This document shows, piece by piece, positions 55,626 through 64,000 of a stretch of DNA of 64,000 nt. A program made the position numbers and the translations under genes. The stretch's first letter is position 1; the number at the start of each line of letters is the position of its first letter. The stretch spans positions 32,001 to 96,000 of the forward strand of contig CAWJZV010000015.1 of assembly GCA_963847445.1 (NCBI GenBank), read 5' to 3'. The notes beneath the pieces were generated by a model. That model saw only the letters and a program-made list of their open reading frames with translations. It did not search any database and was not told the DNA's origin. Origin of the DNA: an uncultured delta proteobacterium (GTDB lineage Bacteria > Desulfobacterota > Binatia > UBA9968).

Positions 55626-56645
55626 TTATTTCGGAATCAAGGTGCTGACCAGTTTAGACTTCGTTGTCGGATTCAGTTTGAACAGATCGTCGACTAGCTT
55701 CTTGACCTCTTCGCCGGTGAGCGGGTTGATGTCGAGGTTGGCTTTCTTCGCTTCAGCGACAAATTCCGGATCGGTTAAGGTCTTGGCGAAGGCGCTGCGC
55801 AGGATCTGCAAACGGTCGTTGGCGATGCGCGGGGTCGTCACGTAGACACGGACGACTGCGGCGGGGTCAATGGCGCCGGCGCGCAGCAACAGTTTGGCTT
55901 CCTCGGTTTTGGCCAGATCGAGAGCGAGCGGCGCGTTGGGCAGCTCCGGCAGCTTCTTGGCCGTCACCTGCAAGACGACGTTCACTTCGCCCGCCGGGAT
56001 CGCTTTCGCCCACGCGGTTTTCAATGTCTCCCAGGCCCAGCAGGCGCCGTGCAATTCACCGGCATCCGCCGCCAAGCGAATTTCATTGGTGCCTTTGTAG
56101 CCTTCGACTAATTGCACCGGCAGGTTGAGAGCGCTTTGAATGATCCGCGCGACGTCGCTGGTGCTGTTGCCCGGACTCAAGCCGCCCAATTTGATCGGCG
56201 TCTTCGACGACGCCCATTGCTCCATGTTGGTGACGCCGCTTTCCTTGCGCAGGGCGCAAACCGGATTGTCCTGCACCGGCACGCCCAAGTATTCGAGCTC
56301 GCGCATGTCGAAGTCGATGCCTTTCATGCCGAGGACGCGGCCGAGAATCAATCCGCCGTTGAACATGCCGATGGACAGCCCGTCAGGCTTGGCGCTGCCG
56401 TGGACGTACTTCGCGGCGATCAGCGTGCCGGCGCCGGTCATGTTCTCGACGATCAATGATGGGTTGCCAGGTATATGTTTGCCCATGTGGCGCGCCATGG
56501 CGCGGGTGTAGATGTCGAAGCCGCCGCCGGCGCTGCCGCCGACGATGACGCGAATGACTTTGCCGCGGTAGAATTCTTGAGCCGGCAAGTCTTCGGGCGT
56601 TAGCAGCGCAAGGAGTAGCGTGAATAGCGCCAAGCGTGGTTGCAT
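55626..56645 (-). CDS. Bug/TctC substrate-binding protein
   Basis: VGGSAGGGFD, KHIPGNP, ENMTGAG, KPDGL, GYKG. Confidence 0.9.
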   Translation of the reverse strand: MQPRLALFTLLLALLTPEDLPAQEFYRGKVIRVIVGGSAGGGFDIYTRAMARHMGKHIPGNPSLIVENMTGAGTLIAAKYVHGSAKPDGLSIGMFNGGLILGRVLGMKGIDFDMRELEYLGVPVQDNPVCALRKESGVTNMEQWASSKTPIKLGGLSPGNSTSDVARIIQSALNLPVQLVEGYKGTNEIRLAADAGELHGACWAWETLKTAWAKAIPAGEVNVVLQVTAKKLPELPNAPLALDLAKTEEAKLLLRAGAIDPAAVVRVYVTTPRIANDRLQILRSAFAKTLTDPEFVAEAKKANLDINPLTGEEVKKLVDDLFKLNPTTKSKLVSTLIPK

Positions 56646-56803
56646 CGTTAAACCTCCGAATGCGGCTGATTATGTTGGAAATCGCGGCCTTGTCAATGAT
56701 TCCGCCTCGTCAAGTTTACCCCGGCGCATTGCCGCTTGACGGCTGTCGTTCACTTCGCGTAGCTTGTGCTCCAATCTCGGTTGAGCTGGAAAGAGGAATC
56801 TCA

Positions 56804-57835
56804 ATGAGACGAAATATTGTTTCGGCTTTGACACTCGCGGCTGTCATGACGTGCGCGCATGCGGCTCATGCCGCCACCGCATCGGCTGATTTTTATCATG
56901 GCAAGGTGATCCGCATCATCGTCGGCTTCTCGGCCGGTGGCGGTTTCGATACTTTCGCGCGCACGGTGGCGCGCTACATGGGCAAATACATTCCAGGTAA
57001 TCCGTCGATTATCGTCGACAATATGCCGGGGGCAGGCAGCTTGATCGCCGCCAATCACATTTACCGTGTCGCCAAACCGGACGGCCTCACCATCGGCGCC
57101 TTCAACGGCAATCAGATCCTTGGCCAGTTGGTCGGCGCCCAGGGCACCAACTTCGACTCGCGCAAGATGGAGTGGATGGGCGCGCCGGGCTATAACCACG
57201 ATCTCTGTGTATTGCACCAGCGCACCGGTATTACCAGCGCCGAGCAATGGATGGCGGCGAAGACGCCGCTCAAGCTCGCCGGCAGCGCGCCCGGCTCGAC
57301 GACTGACGATGTTGCGAAAGTACTGAAAGAAGCGATCGGCCTGCCGATGCGTCTGGTGACCGGCTATAAGGGCACGGCGGATATGCGCATCGCCGTGGAG
57401 TCGGGTGAGATGGACGGACTGTGCGGGTTTTCCTGGGTGTCGGTTAAATCCACTTGGCGCCGAGCAGTGGAATCGGGACAGGCGATTATCATGCTGCAAA
57501 GCGCAGCCAAGGCCCACGCCGACCTGCCCAAGGTGCCGCTGACGATCAGCTTCGCCAAGACGCCCGAGGCGCGCCAATTGATCGAAGCCGGCGTGCATCA
57601 ACCCGGCGCGATCACTTACGGCTATTCGCTGCCGCCGAACACGCCGAAGGAGCGCGTGCAAATTCTGCGCAGAGCATTTATCCAAGCGGTTAAAGATCCC
57701 GATCTATTGAACGACGCCAACAAGGCCAACCTGGAAATCGCCCCGGCATCGGGTGAAGAGATCGCCAACGCCATCGAAAATATGTTCAAGACGCCGCCGG
57801 CGGTGGTGGCGAAGCTGAGGGAAACGCTGAAGTGA
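56804..57835 (+). CDS. Bug/TctC substrate-binding protein
   Basis: VGFSAGGGFD, KYIPGNP, NMPGAG, KPDGL, PPNTPKERV. Confidence 0.9.
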   Translation: MRRNIVSALTLAAVMTCAHAAHAATASADFYHGKVIRIIVGFSAGGGFDTFARTVARYMGKYIPGNPSIIVDNMPGAGSLIAANHIYRVAKPDGLTIGAFNGNQILGQLVGAQGTNFDSRKMEWMGAPGYNHDLCVLHQRTGITSAEQWMAAKTPLKLAGSAPGSTTDDVAKVLKEAIGLPMRLVTGYKGTADMRIAVESGEMDGLCGFSWVSVKSTWRRAVESGQAIIMLQSAAKAHADLPKVPLTISFAKTPEARQLIEAGVHQPGAITYGYSLPPNTPKERVQILRRAFIQAVKDPDLLNDANKANLEIAPASGEEIANAIENMFKTPPAVVAKLRETLK

Positions 57836-57845
57836 TGCGATAAAA

Positions 57846-57914
57846 CGTGAGGGGTGAAGGGTAAGGGGTGAGGCGCTGATCGGTCGCCTTACGCTTCACC
57901 CCTTACCCCTTACG
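57846..57914. repeat. Heptamer-repeat hairpin between convergent genes (possible bidirectional terminator)
   Basis: GTGAGGG GTGAAGG GTAAGGG GTGAGGC / GCCTTAC GCTTCAC CCCTTAC CCCTTAC. Confidence 0.78.
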
Positions 57915-57929
57915 ATTTACTGAGATTCG

Positions 57930-58949
57930 TCACTGCTTGACCGTCAGAATGCTGGAGAGCTTGGCGACAGTCTGCGGATTGAGAGCAAACAGGCTGTCAA
58001 CGACTTTTTTGACTTCGTCGCCGTCCAGCGGATTGACTTCCAGGCCGCCCTTTTTAGCTTCGAGTAGAAACTCTGGATCTTTGAGCGTGTTGGCGAAGGC
58101 CTTGCGCAGTATATCGACGCGCTCCTTGGGCGTCTTCGGCGAGGTAACATAAACGCGGGTAACCGCGCTCGGGGCGATGCCGCCGGCGCGAATGATCTGC
58201 TTGAGATCTTCGGTTTTCGCCAAGTCGAGGGCGAGCGGGACATGCTGCAGGTCGGGCTGTTTTTTCGCCGTCACCTGCAGGATTGGATTGACCTCTCCCG
58301 ATTGCAGTGCTTTGGTCCAGGTCGCGCGGATAGATTCCCAAGCCCAGCACGCGCCGCCGAGCTCGCCACTGTCGGCAGCCAGACGAAGATCGGCCGTGCC
58401 CTTGTAACCCTCGACCAATTGGATCGGCAGATTCAAGGTCGCTTTGACGATGCGCACGGCGTCGCTGGTGCTGTTGCCGGGACCGAGTCCGCCCATTTTT
58501 ACCGGAGTCTTTGCCGCCATCCATTGCTCTACGTTGGTGATGCCGGTTTCCTTGCGCAGGACGCAGGCGACGTTGTCCTGGATCGGCACGCCGAGCCATT
58601 GGAACTGGCGGGTATCGAAGTCAAAACCTTTGGGATCGAGCACCTGGCTGAGAATCAAGTAGCCGTTGAAAATCCCGAAGGTGAGCCCGTCCGGCTTTGC
58701 CGCGCTGTGGATATACTTGGCGGCAATCCGCGTCGCCGCGCCGGTCATGTTCTCGACGATGAAAATCGGATTGCCGGGAATATGCTTGCCCATATGGCGC
58801 GTCATCGCCCGCGTGTAAACATCGAAGCCGCCGCCGGCCGTGCCACCGACGATGACGCGCACGGTTTTGCCTTTGTAGAAATCGTCGGCGCAGAGGGCCT
58901 GCGACGTTATAGCTGCCAACAAGAGAACGCAGACCAATATTATCTTCAT
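57930..58949 (-). CDS. Bug/TctC substrate-binding protein
   Basis: VGGTAGGGFD, KHIPGNP, KPDGL; close paralog of 55626-56645. Confidence 0.9.
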   Translation of the reverse strand: MKIILVCVLLLAAITSQALCADDFYKGKTVRVIVGGTAGGGFDVYTRAMTRHMGKHIPGNPIFIVENMTGAATRIAAKYIHSAAKPDGLTFGIFNGYLILSQVLDPKGFDFDTRQFQWLGVPIQDNVACVLRKETGITNVEQWMAAKTPVKMGGLGPGNSTSDAVRIVKATLNLPIQLVEGYKGTADLRLAADSGELGGACWAWESIRATWTKALQSGEVNPILQVTAKKQPDLQHVPLALDLAKTEDLKQIIRAGGIAPSAVTRVYVTSPKTPKERVDILRKAFANTLKDPEFLLEAKKGGLEVNPLDGDEVKKVVDSLFALNPQTVAKLSSILTVKQ

Positions 58950-58978
58950 GTGAATTCTCCAATTAAAACTTTAGAAAT

Positions 58979-59587
58979 CTACAGGATCGCTTTTACCGAT
59001 GGCCGTTGTTTCATGCGCTCGAACCAAGCCGTTAGTTTCGGCAACGCCGCGCTTGGCAACACACCGTATTGTTCCAGACGAGGAAAACGCGGCAACATGG
59101 CGATGTCGGTGAGACTGTAATCGCCCAAGAAGTATGGCTTTTCGCCAAGGGCGGCTTCGAGATATTGCAGCCTGGTCGCTACTTCTTTTCTGGTTTCAGC
59201 GATGAGCTTTTGATCGCGCTCAGCTTCGTTCTTCTTGATCATCTCTCCGCGCAGCGCCCAGTAGGGTTCGTGGAGAAAATTCAAAAAATAGTCGATCAGT
59301 ATTCTCCCGCGGGCGCGCAGATAAGGGTCTTTCGGCTGCAGCGGCGGGTTGGGATATTTCTCGTCGAGATATTCGTTGATGATGCACGACTCGAACAAGA
59401 GTTGGCCGTCATCGTCGATGACCGGAATCTTGCCGTAGGGATTGCGCTTGAGATGCTCAAGACTTTTCTGCTCCATCTTCCCAAGCTTGACCCATATCCC
59501 TTCCCAGGGGAGTCCTTTTTCCGCCAAGACGATTTTGACACGATCGCAATTGGTCGACGGCACGTCGTGATAGAGTGTTATCGGCAT
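58979..59587 (-). CDS. Glutathione S-transferase family protein
   Basis: RVKIVLAEKG, NPYGKIPV, ESCIINEYLDE, SLTDIA. Confidence 0.92.
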   Translation of the reverse strand: MPITLYHDVPSTNCDRVKIVLAEKGLPWEGIWVKLGKMEQKSLEHLKRNPYGKIPVIDDDGQLLFESCIINEYLDEKYPNPPLQPKDPYLRARGRILIDYFLNFLHEPYWALRGEMIKKNEAERDQKLIAETRKEVATRLQYLEAALGEKPYFLGDYSLTDIAMLPRFPRLEQYGVLPSAALPKLTAWFERMKQRPSVKAIL

Positions 59588-59594
59588 AGGGCCT

Positions 59595-59636
59595 CCAATT
59601 CCATATTACAAATTCCAGATTCCAAATTTCGGATTG
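59595..59636. repeat. Left heptamer-repeat arm flanking the four-helix-bundle gene
   Basis: CCAATTCCATATTACAAATTCCAGATTCCAAATTTCGGATTG; reverse complement resembles 60193-60234. Confidence 0.78.
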
Positions 59637-59640
59637 AACA

Positions 59641-60115
59641 CTAGCTGCGGCGTTTTTGGCCGGTTTCCTCGGTTGCTTGCTTGGCCAACGTCGATCTTGA
59701 AGCCTTTGGCTTGGATACAGCATTAAGATGTTTTTGACCTCGGAATTCGGACCGTTTCACTTGCTCAATCCAGCCATAGAGTTGTTTTGAGATGGATTCG
59801 CAGCAAGCCCTAGAGAGCCGCAATTTGATTTTTATGATTCGCGAAAACCTTTCATGAATAGAGGACGCGGAGCATGGACCGAACTTCTCCTGCTGATCCT
59901 CGAGAAATATAGAGAAACGCGAGTAATTCATTATTGCCGCCACGCTCGAATCCTTCAGCGATGTTATTGGATACCGATCTGGCGGCTCGCTCCAATTGGT
60001 TGCGGAGGCCGTAGTGATGGCGAAAGAGATCGTCACCGGTGAACTCCAGCACTGACTGGGCCAGCCGGGCAGCGTCCTGCCATACTGGCAGGTCTTCGAA
60101 ATGGTGATAAGTCAT
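59641..60115 (-). CDS. Four helix bundle protein (23S rRNA IVP / TIGR02436-like), frameshift near 59855
   Basis: FEDLPVWQ, LRNQLERAARSVSNNIAEGFERG, FLYISRGSAGEVRSML; C-terminus CESISKQLYGWI in ORF 59641-60036. Confidence 0.87.
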
Positions 60116-60192
60116 CGCGGTAAGCAGAATTACAAGCTTCGGCAAGGTGCTGTCAAACGCTTTAATACGCTCGGTTGGGGAGGCGCAGTCTC

Positions 60193-60234
60193 CAATCTGG
60201 AATTTGGAATTTGTAATCTGGAATTTGCAATTGG
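60193..60234. repeat. Right heptamer-repeat arm flanking the four-helix-bundle gene
   Basis: CAATCTG GAATTTG GAATTTG TAATCTG GAATTTG CAATTGG. Confidence 0.78.
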
Positions 60235-61156
60235 TCAGCGTGTCTTTCTCGCGCTAACCAGGACCACCGAGCCGATGATCAAACCGGCGGCGAGCTAGTA
60301 CCCGCAGGGCCAGAATTTCCTTGCCAAGAAAGTAGCCGAGGATGATTGCGACCAACGGATTGACGTAGGAGTAGGTCGAGACCAATGGGATCGGCGCGTT
60401 GCGCAGGAGCCAGGCGTAGGCGACGAAGGCAATGGGACCGATCACGGTCAGATAGACCCAGCCGATGGCGGAGCGCGATGAAACTTGCGCGGGATCGAAT
60501 CCGTTCACTTCGCCGACGGCGAGCGCGATGATGAGCAACGCGGCGCCGCCACTGAGCATTTCCATGCCGGTGATGAGAAGCGGGGATGATGGCAGCTTGG
60601 CGGTCTTGCCGTAAGATCGAACCGGCGGCCCAGAAGAGCGAGCCGAAAACGACTACGACGGCGCCGGCAAAACTGTTTGGCGTGGTGCCGTTGGCGCGAC
60701 CAGCCAATCAGCAACACGGCGCCGCAGAAGCCGATGACGATCCCAGACAGAGCCCGCGGCCCAGGTTTTTCTCCGCCGCGCCGGAGGAAGTCGAATAGCA
60801 ACATCCAGAGCGGACAGGTGGCGACCAGCAAGGCGGCCAGACTCGATGGAATGTAGCGCGCCGCCCAGACCACGGCGCCGTTGCCGCCGACGAGTAAGAG
60901 CAGTGCCGATCACCGTGGCGCTGCGCCATTCGTGCCGGCTCGGCGTTGGATCGCCGCATAGTCGCCGCCAGAGATACAGCACAGCGCCGGAAATGATGAA
61001 GCGTGCCGCGGCTGACAAGAAACGGCGGTGTGGTCTCGACGGTGAAGCGAATCGCCAGGTAGGTGGAACCCCAAATCAGATAGACCGCGCTTAACGCCGT
61101 CCAGATCAGTACCGATGAGCTAACGCGCTGAGACGAAGCGGTTGTCTCTGATTCAC
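60235..61156 (-). CDS. EamA/DMT family transporter (YedA-like), multiple frameshifts
   Basis: VYLIWGSTYLAIR, AARFIISG, SSLAALLVA..PLW, YAWLL, TYSYVNPLVA spread over five ORFs. Confidence 0.85.
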
Positions 61157-61699
61157 AACTGCACGCCTTCATGGCGTAGCAGCCAGCGCTTCAAGTCTAG
61201 TCCGGTCTTGCCGCAATAGCCGCCGAGAGTGCCGTCGCTGGCGACGACGCGGTGGCAGGGGATGACGATCGGAATCGGATTGCGGCCCAAGGCTTGGCCG
61301 ACGGGCGGCTGGATTTCGGCCGTCCCATTTCTTGGGCAATACGCTGATAGCTCCAAACTTCTCCCCATGGAATCCGGCTCGTGACGGCCAAGACTTCACG
61401 CTGAAACGGCGTGAGCGAGGATAGATCCAGCGGTAGGTCGAAGCTGGTCGTCGCCCTGAAAAGTATTCTGCAATTGGCTGCAAACTTGAATTGACAAGTG
61501 ATCTGGCGATCTCGTTGGGCTCGGGATTTGAAAAGAGACTTAGGTCCGGTTCAAGGCGGCCAAACTTGATGGCGCATAGTCCGCGGCCGTTAGTGGCGAT
61601 GTATAGTCGACCCAGCGGCGTGGATATTTCCGACCAGAAGTCGGAGTGTTTCGCCGCCGTTGCCGTCGAGATCGGTCTCTGTCATCGGGTTTCCCTCAT
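61153..61699 (-). CDS. ogt: Methylated-DNA-protein cysteine methyltransferase (frameshifted; start uncertain)
   Basis: STPLGRLYIA, EYFSG, RIPWGEVWSY, VGQALGRNPIPIVIPCHRVV..GTLGGY, KRWLLRHEG. Confidence 0.85.
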
Positions 61700-61703
61700 C
61701 CGA

Positions 61704-62160
61704 TCACTCCGGCGCCATGCCTTTTTTCTTAAGTTCTTCGATGGCACTGGCTGTCTTCGCCGGCGCGTCGACGGCCATGCCTCTAAGGATGTTGGCTCGC
61801 TTTGGTGAACTGGCAGTCGTCGTAGGGGACGATTTCTATGCGGTTGCCCCAGGGGTCGAGGATGTTGAGCCGGTCGTTGATGCTTTCGATGCCGAGTTTC
61901 TCCATCGATCTTCGCACCGCATCACGATCGTCGACGACAAAGCCGAAGTGGCGCTTGGTATCGGCGACTTGGCTGCGGCCGAGAGTGAGCTGGATGAACT
62001 GGTCGCCGAGATCGATGAAGGCGTTGTGTTCGCTCTTGCCGCGCAGGGTGAATTCGAACAGGGCGCCGTAGAATTCCAAGGCTTTATCCAAGTCGTCGAC
62101 TTCGAGGACGACATGGTTGATGCCCAGAGCGCGGGCTTTCTTTTCCGAGTTATCGCTCAT
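61704..62160 (-). CDS. VOC/glyoxalase family protein (frameshift near 61795)
   Basis: GINHVVLEVDDLDKALEFY, HFGFVV, DPWGNRIEI; C-terminus ...LKKKGMAPE in the shifted frame. Confidence 0.85.
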
Positions 62161-62439
62161 GACAACCTCCTGGTTTAAATAATTTCTCCGGTAAGGTCCT
62201 TTGCCGCGAAAACCGACTTTGGGTCGAGTCATATCATGAACATCGCTCCGGTCGCTACGATTCGTCATCGGCGTTTGGCTCTTGACGGTGCCTCGGCAAC
62301 TGCCCTATGGATAGGCAAGATGACGAGCTGGCGGGGTTAGCATGACAAAGGGTCGTAAGCGTTTTTTGAACTGATCTCAAGAAGAGCGGATTTCTCGCTC
62401 AACTTCGGGTGAAACGTCAATTGATTCGGAGGAAAGAAG

Positions 62440-63475
62440 ATGCGGTCAATGCTTAAATCAACGTTCGCTACTGTGAGCATCGGCGGTGTTGCTTGCGGTC
62501 GATCAGAGTCTGGCGCAGGCACCTTATTACGCCGGCAAGACGATCACCATCGTGCGCGGCGGCGGCGCCGGCGGTTCGGGGGAGTTTCAGTCACGCGCGC
62601 TGATACCTTATCTGAAAAAATATATCCCCGGCAACCCGAACATCGTCATGGAGTTTATGGACGGCGCCTCGGGGCGCAAGGCGGCGAATTATTTTTACAC
62701 CGCGAAACCTGACGGCTTGAAGATCGCTTCGGCGGGAAACATGATTTCGGGACCGATACTCGGCCTGTCGGGCAGCAACTACGATATCGAAAAGTTTCCT
62801 TACATCGGCTCGACGGAAACCGGCAATCCCTACGTGTTCTTTAGCCGCAAGGTCGGCAACTTCGATACCCTCGACAAGGTTCGTAATGCGCGCGGCTTGC
62901 GCGTCGGCGCTCACTCGGTGGGCCACTCGGTCTACATCACCGGCCGCATGTTCGCGCATCTGTTGGACTTGAAAGAGCCGCGCTTCGTGGTCGGCTTCAA
63001 CGACCCGGAGATGGACATTGCGCTCGCTAACGGCGAACTGGACGGGCGCACGTCGGGCAATATCGATAGCGTCCTCAAAGATCTCCGCGACCAGGTTTAT
63101 TTCCATGCGACGATCTCCAATCCCAAGGGTCGCTTCGACTCGCGCCTGCCGGGACTACCCGACCTCGACAGTTTCGCCAAGAACGACCGCGAGCGCAAAG
63201 TGATCGACTTGTTTCGCGCCTTTCAGGTGCCGCGCTGGCCGCATCATCTGGCGCCGGGCACGCCGGCGGAACTGGTGAAGATCCTGCGCGACGCGATGGC
63301 ACGGACTTTCAAAGATCCCGAGTTCCAGCAGGAGTTCAAGAAGCTGATGGGGCGCGAGCCGTCGCCGCTGACGGGAGAAGAGGTGCAGAAGGTGGTGAAA
63401 GAGTTGCCGCGCGATCCGGAGACAGTCGCGCTTTACAAACTGTACGCCGAGGGCGGCGCGCTGCCGCCGCGCTGA
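62440..63475 (+). CDS. Bug/TctC substrate-binding protein (frameshift in the signal peptide)
   Basis: KYIPGNPNIV, GASGRKAAN, KPDGL, APGTP; close paralog of 13886-14974. Confidence 0.87.
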
Positions 63476-63493
63476 GTTCGATTTGACAAATTC

Positions 63494-64000
63494 TTAGCGA
63501 GTGAAGCCGGCGTCGGCGTAAGGTTGCCAGCCCGATGTCCAATCCAAATATTCCAGCCCGGTGAGGCGCTTTTTGTAATCGTAAGCGAAGGGTTCGCGAT
63601 AGGCGTAACCGGGGTAGTAGTAGCGGCAGCCGCGCTCGCGGCTCAGGGCGATGGAATGCAAAATCATCAGGATGCCCAAGCTGCGCTTGGCCTCCGCGGG
63701 ATCGAAGATCGCGTAGATCGCCGAGGTGGCGCGCTCGCCAATGTCCAGGAACGTGACGCCGACCAGCCGGCCGTGGAGATAAATGCACAGCTCCAGATTG
63801 GGACAAGGAATTTCCGCCGGGTTGGGCGAGAGAAAGTTAAACAGTGAGTCGGGAACATTGTCATTGAAGCGGACGCGATGCCGGTCAAAGAGTTTTTGTT
63901 TTTCGTTGTTGATGAATGATGGCCGGACGATCACTTCAATGTCGCGGTTCTTGGCCAGTACGCGCTTCTGGCTGCGGGTTAACTGAAAGCGCGTGAGATC
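63494..64000 (-). CDS. bpt: Arginyl/aminoacyl-tRNA-protein transferase (Ate/Bpt family), 5' end outside the window
   Basis: SQKRVLAKN, LVGV.FLD, SAIYAIFDP..KRSLG, YYYPGY, YDYK. Confidence 0.8.
   Translation of the reverse strand, partial: DLTRFQLTRSQKRVLAKNRDIEVIVRPSFINNEKQKLFDRHRVRFNDNVPDSLFNFLSPNPAEIPCPNLELCIYLHGRLVGVTFLDIGERATSAIYAIFDPAEAKRSLGILMILHSIALSRERGCRYYYPGYAYREPFAYDYKKRLTGLEYLDWTSGWQPYADAGFTR

Noticed and set aside
59641-60115. Diversity-generating retroelement suggested by the Avd-like gene
   Set aside because: No reverse transcriptase or template/variable repeat pair in the window

Overview
GC-rich bacterial chromosomal window with about 55 genes. The many solitary NitT/TauT- and Bug/TctC-type solute-binding proteins, amidohydrolases and LLM/PPOX enzymes resemble Candidatus Binatota or related 'deltaproteobacterial' MAGs (inference only). 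About 20 genes, including gltB and gltD, are broken by single-base indels, most likely uncorrected long-read errors; they are reported here as reconstructed single genes. Core content: tam, a PadR/membrane protein pair, an aromatic-acid-type catabolic cluster, surE, a B12 radical SAM enzyme, Lrp-gltB-gltD, a NitT/TauT ABC operon, GSTs, an ogt-like gene, and a truncated Ate/Bpt transferase. Features the ORF track does not show: (1) a UGSC-family selenoprotein with an in-frame UGA and a clear SECIS hairpin (23933-24499); (2) a c-di-GMP-I-type riboswitch with an apparent expression platform ahead of an unknown tandem-domain protein (40010-40823); (3) an operon joining a membrane adenylate cyclase, a polysaccharide-deacetylase lipoprotein and a LysM/TPR lipoprotein (20145-23708); (4) several families of intergenic elements with inverted arms made of 7-9 nt tandem repeats, one enclosing a four-helix-bundle gene; (5) a RAYT transposase pseudogene plus REP-like palindromes; (6) a probable 49-aa leaderless CGC...CxxH protein. 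No rRNA, tRNA or CRISPR array was seen.
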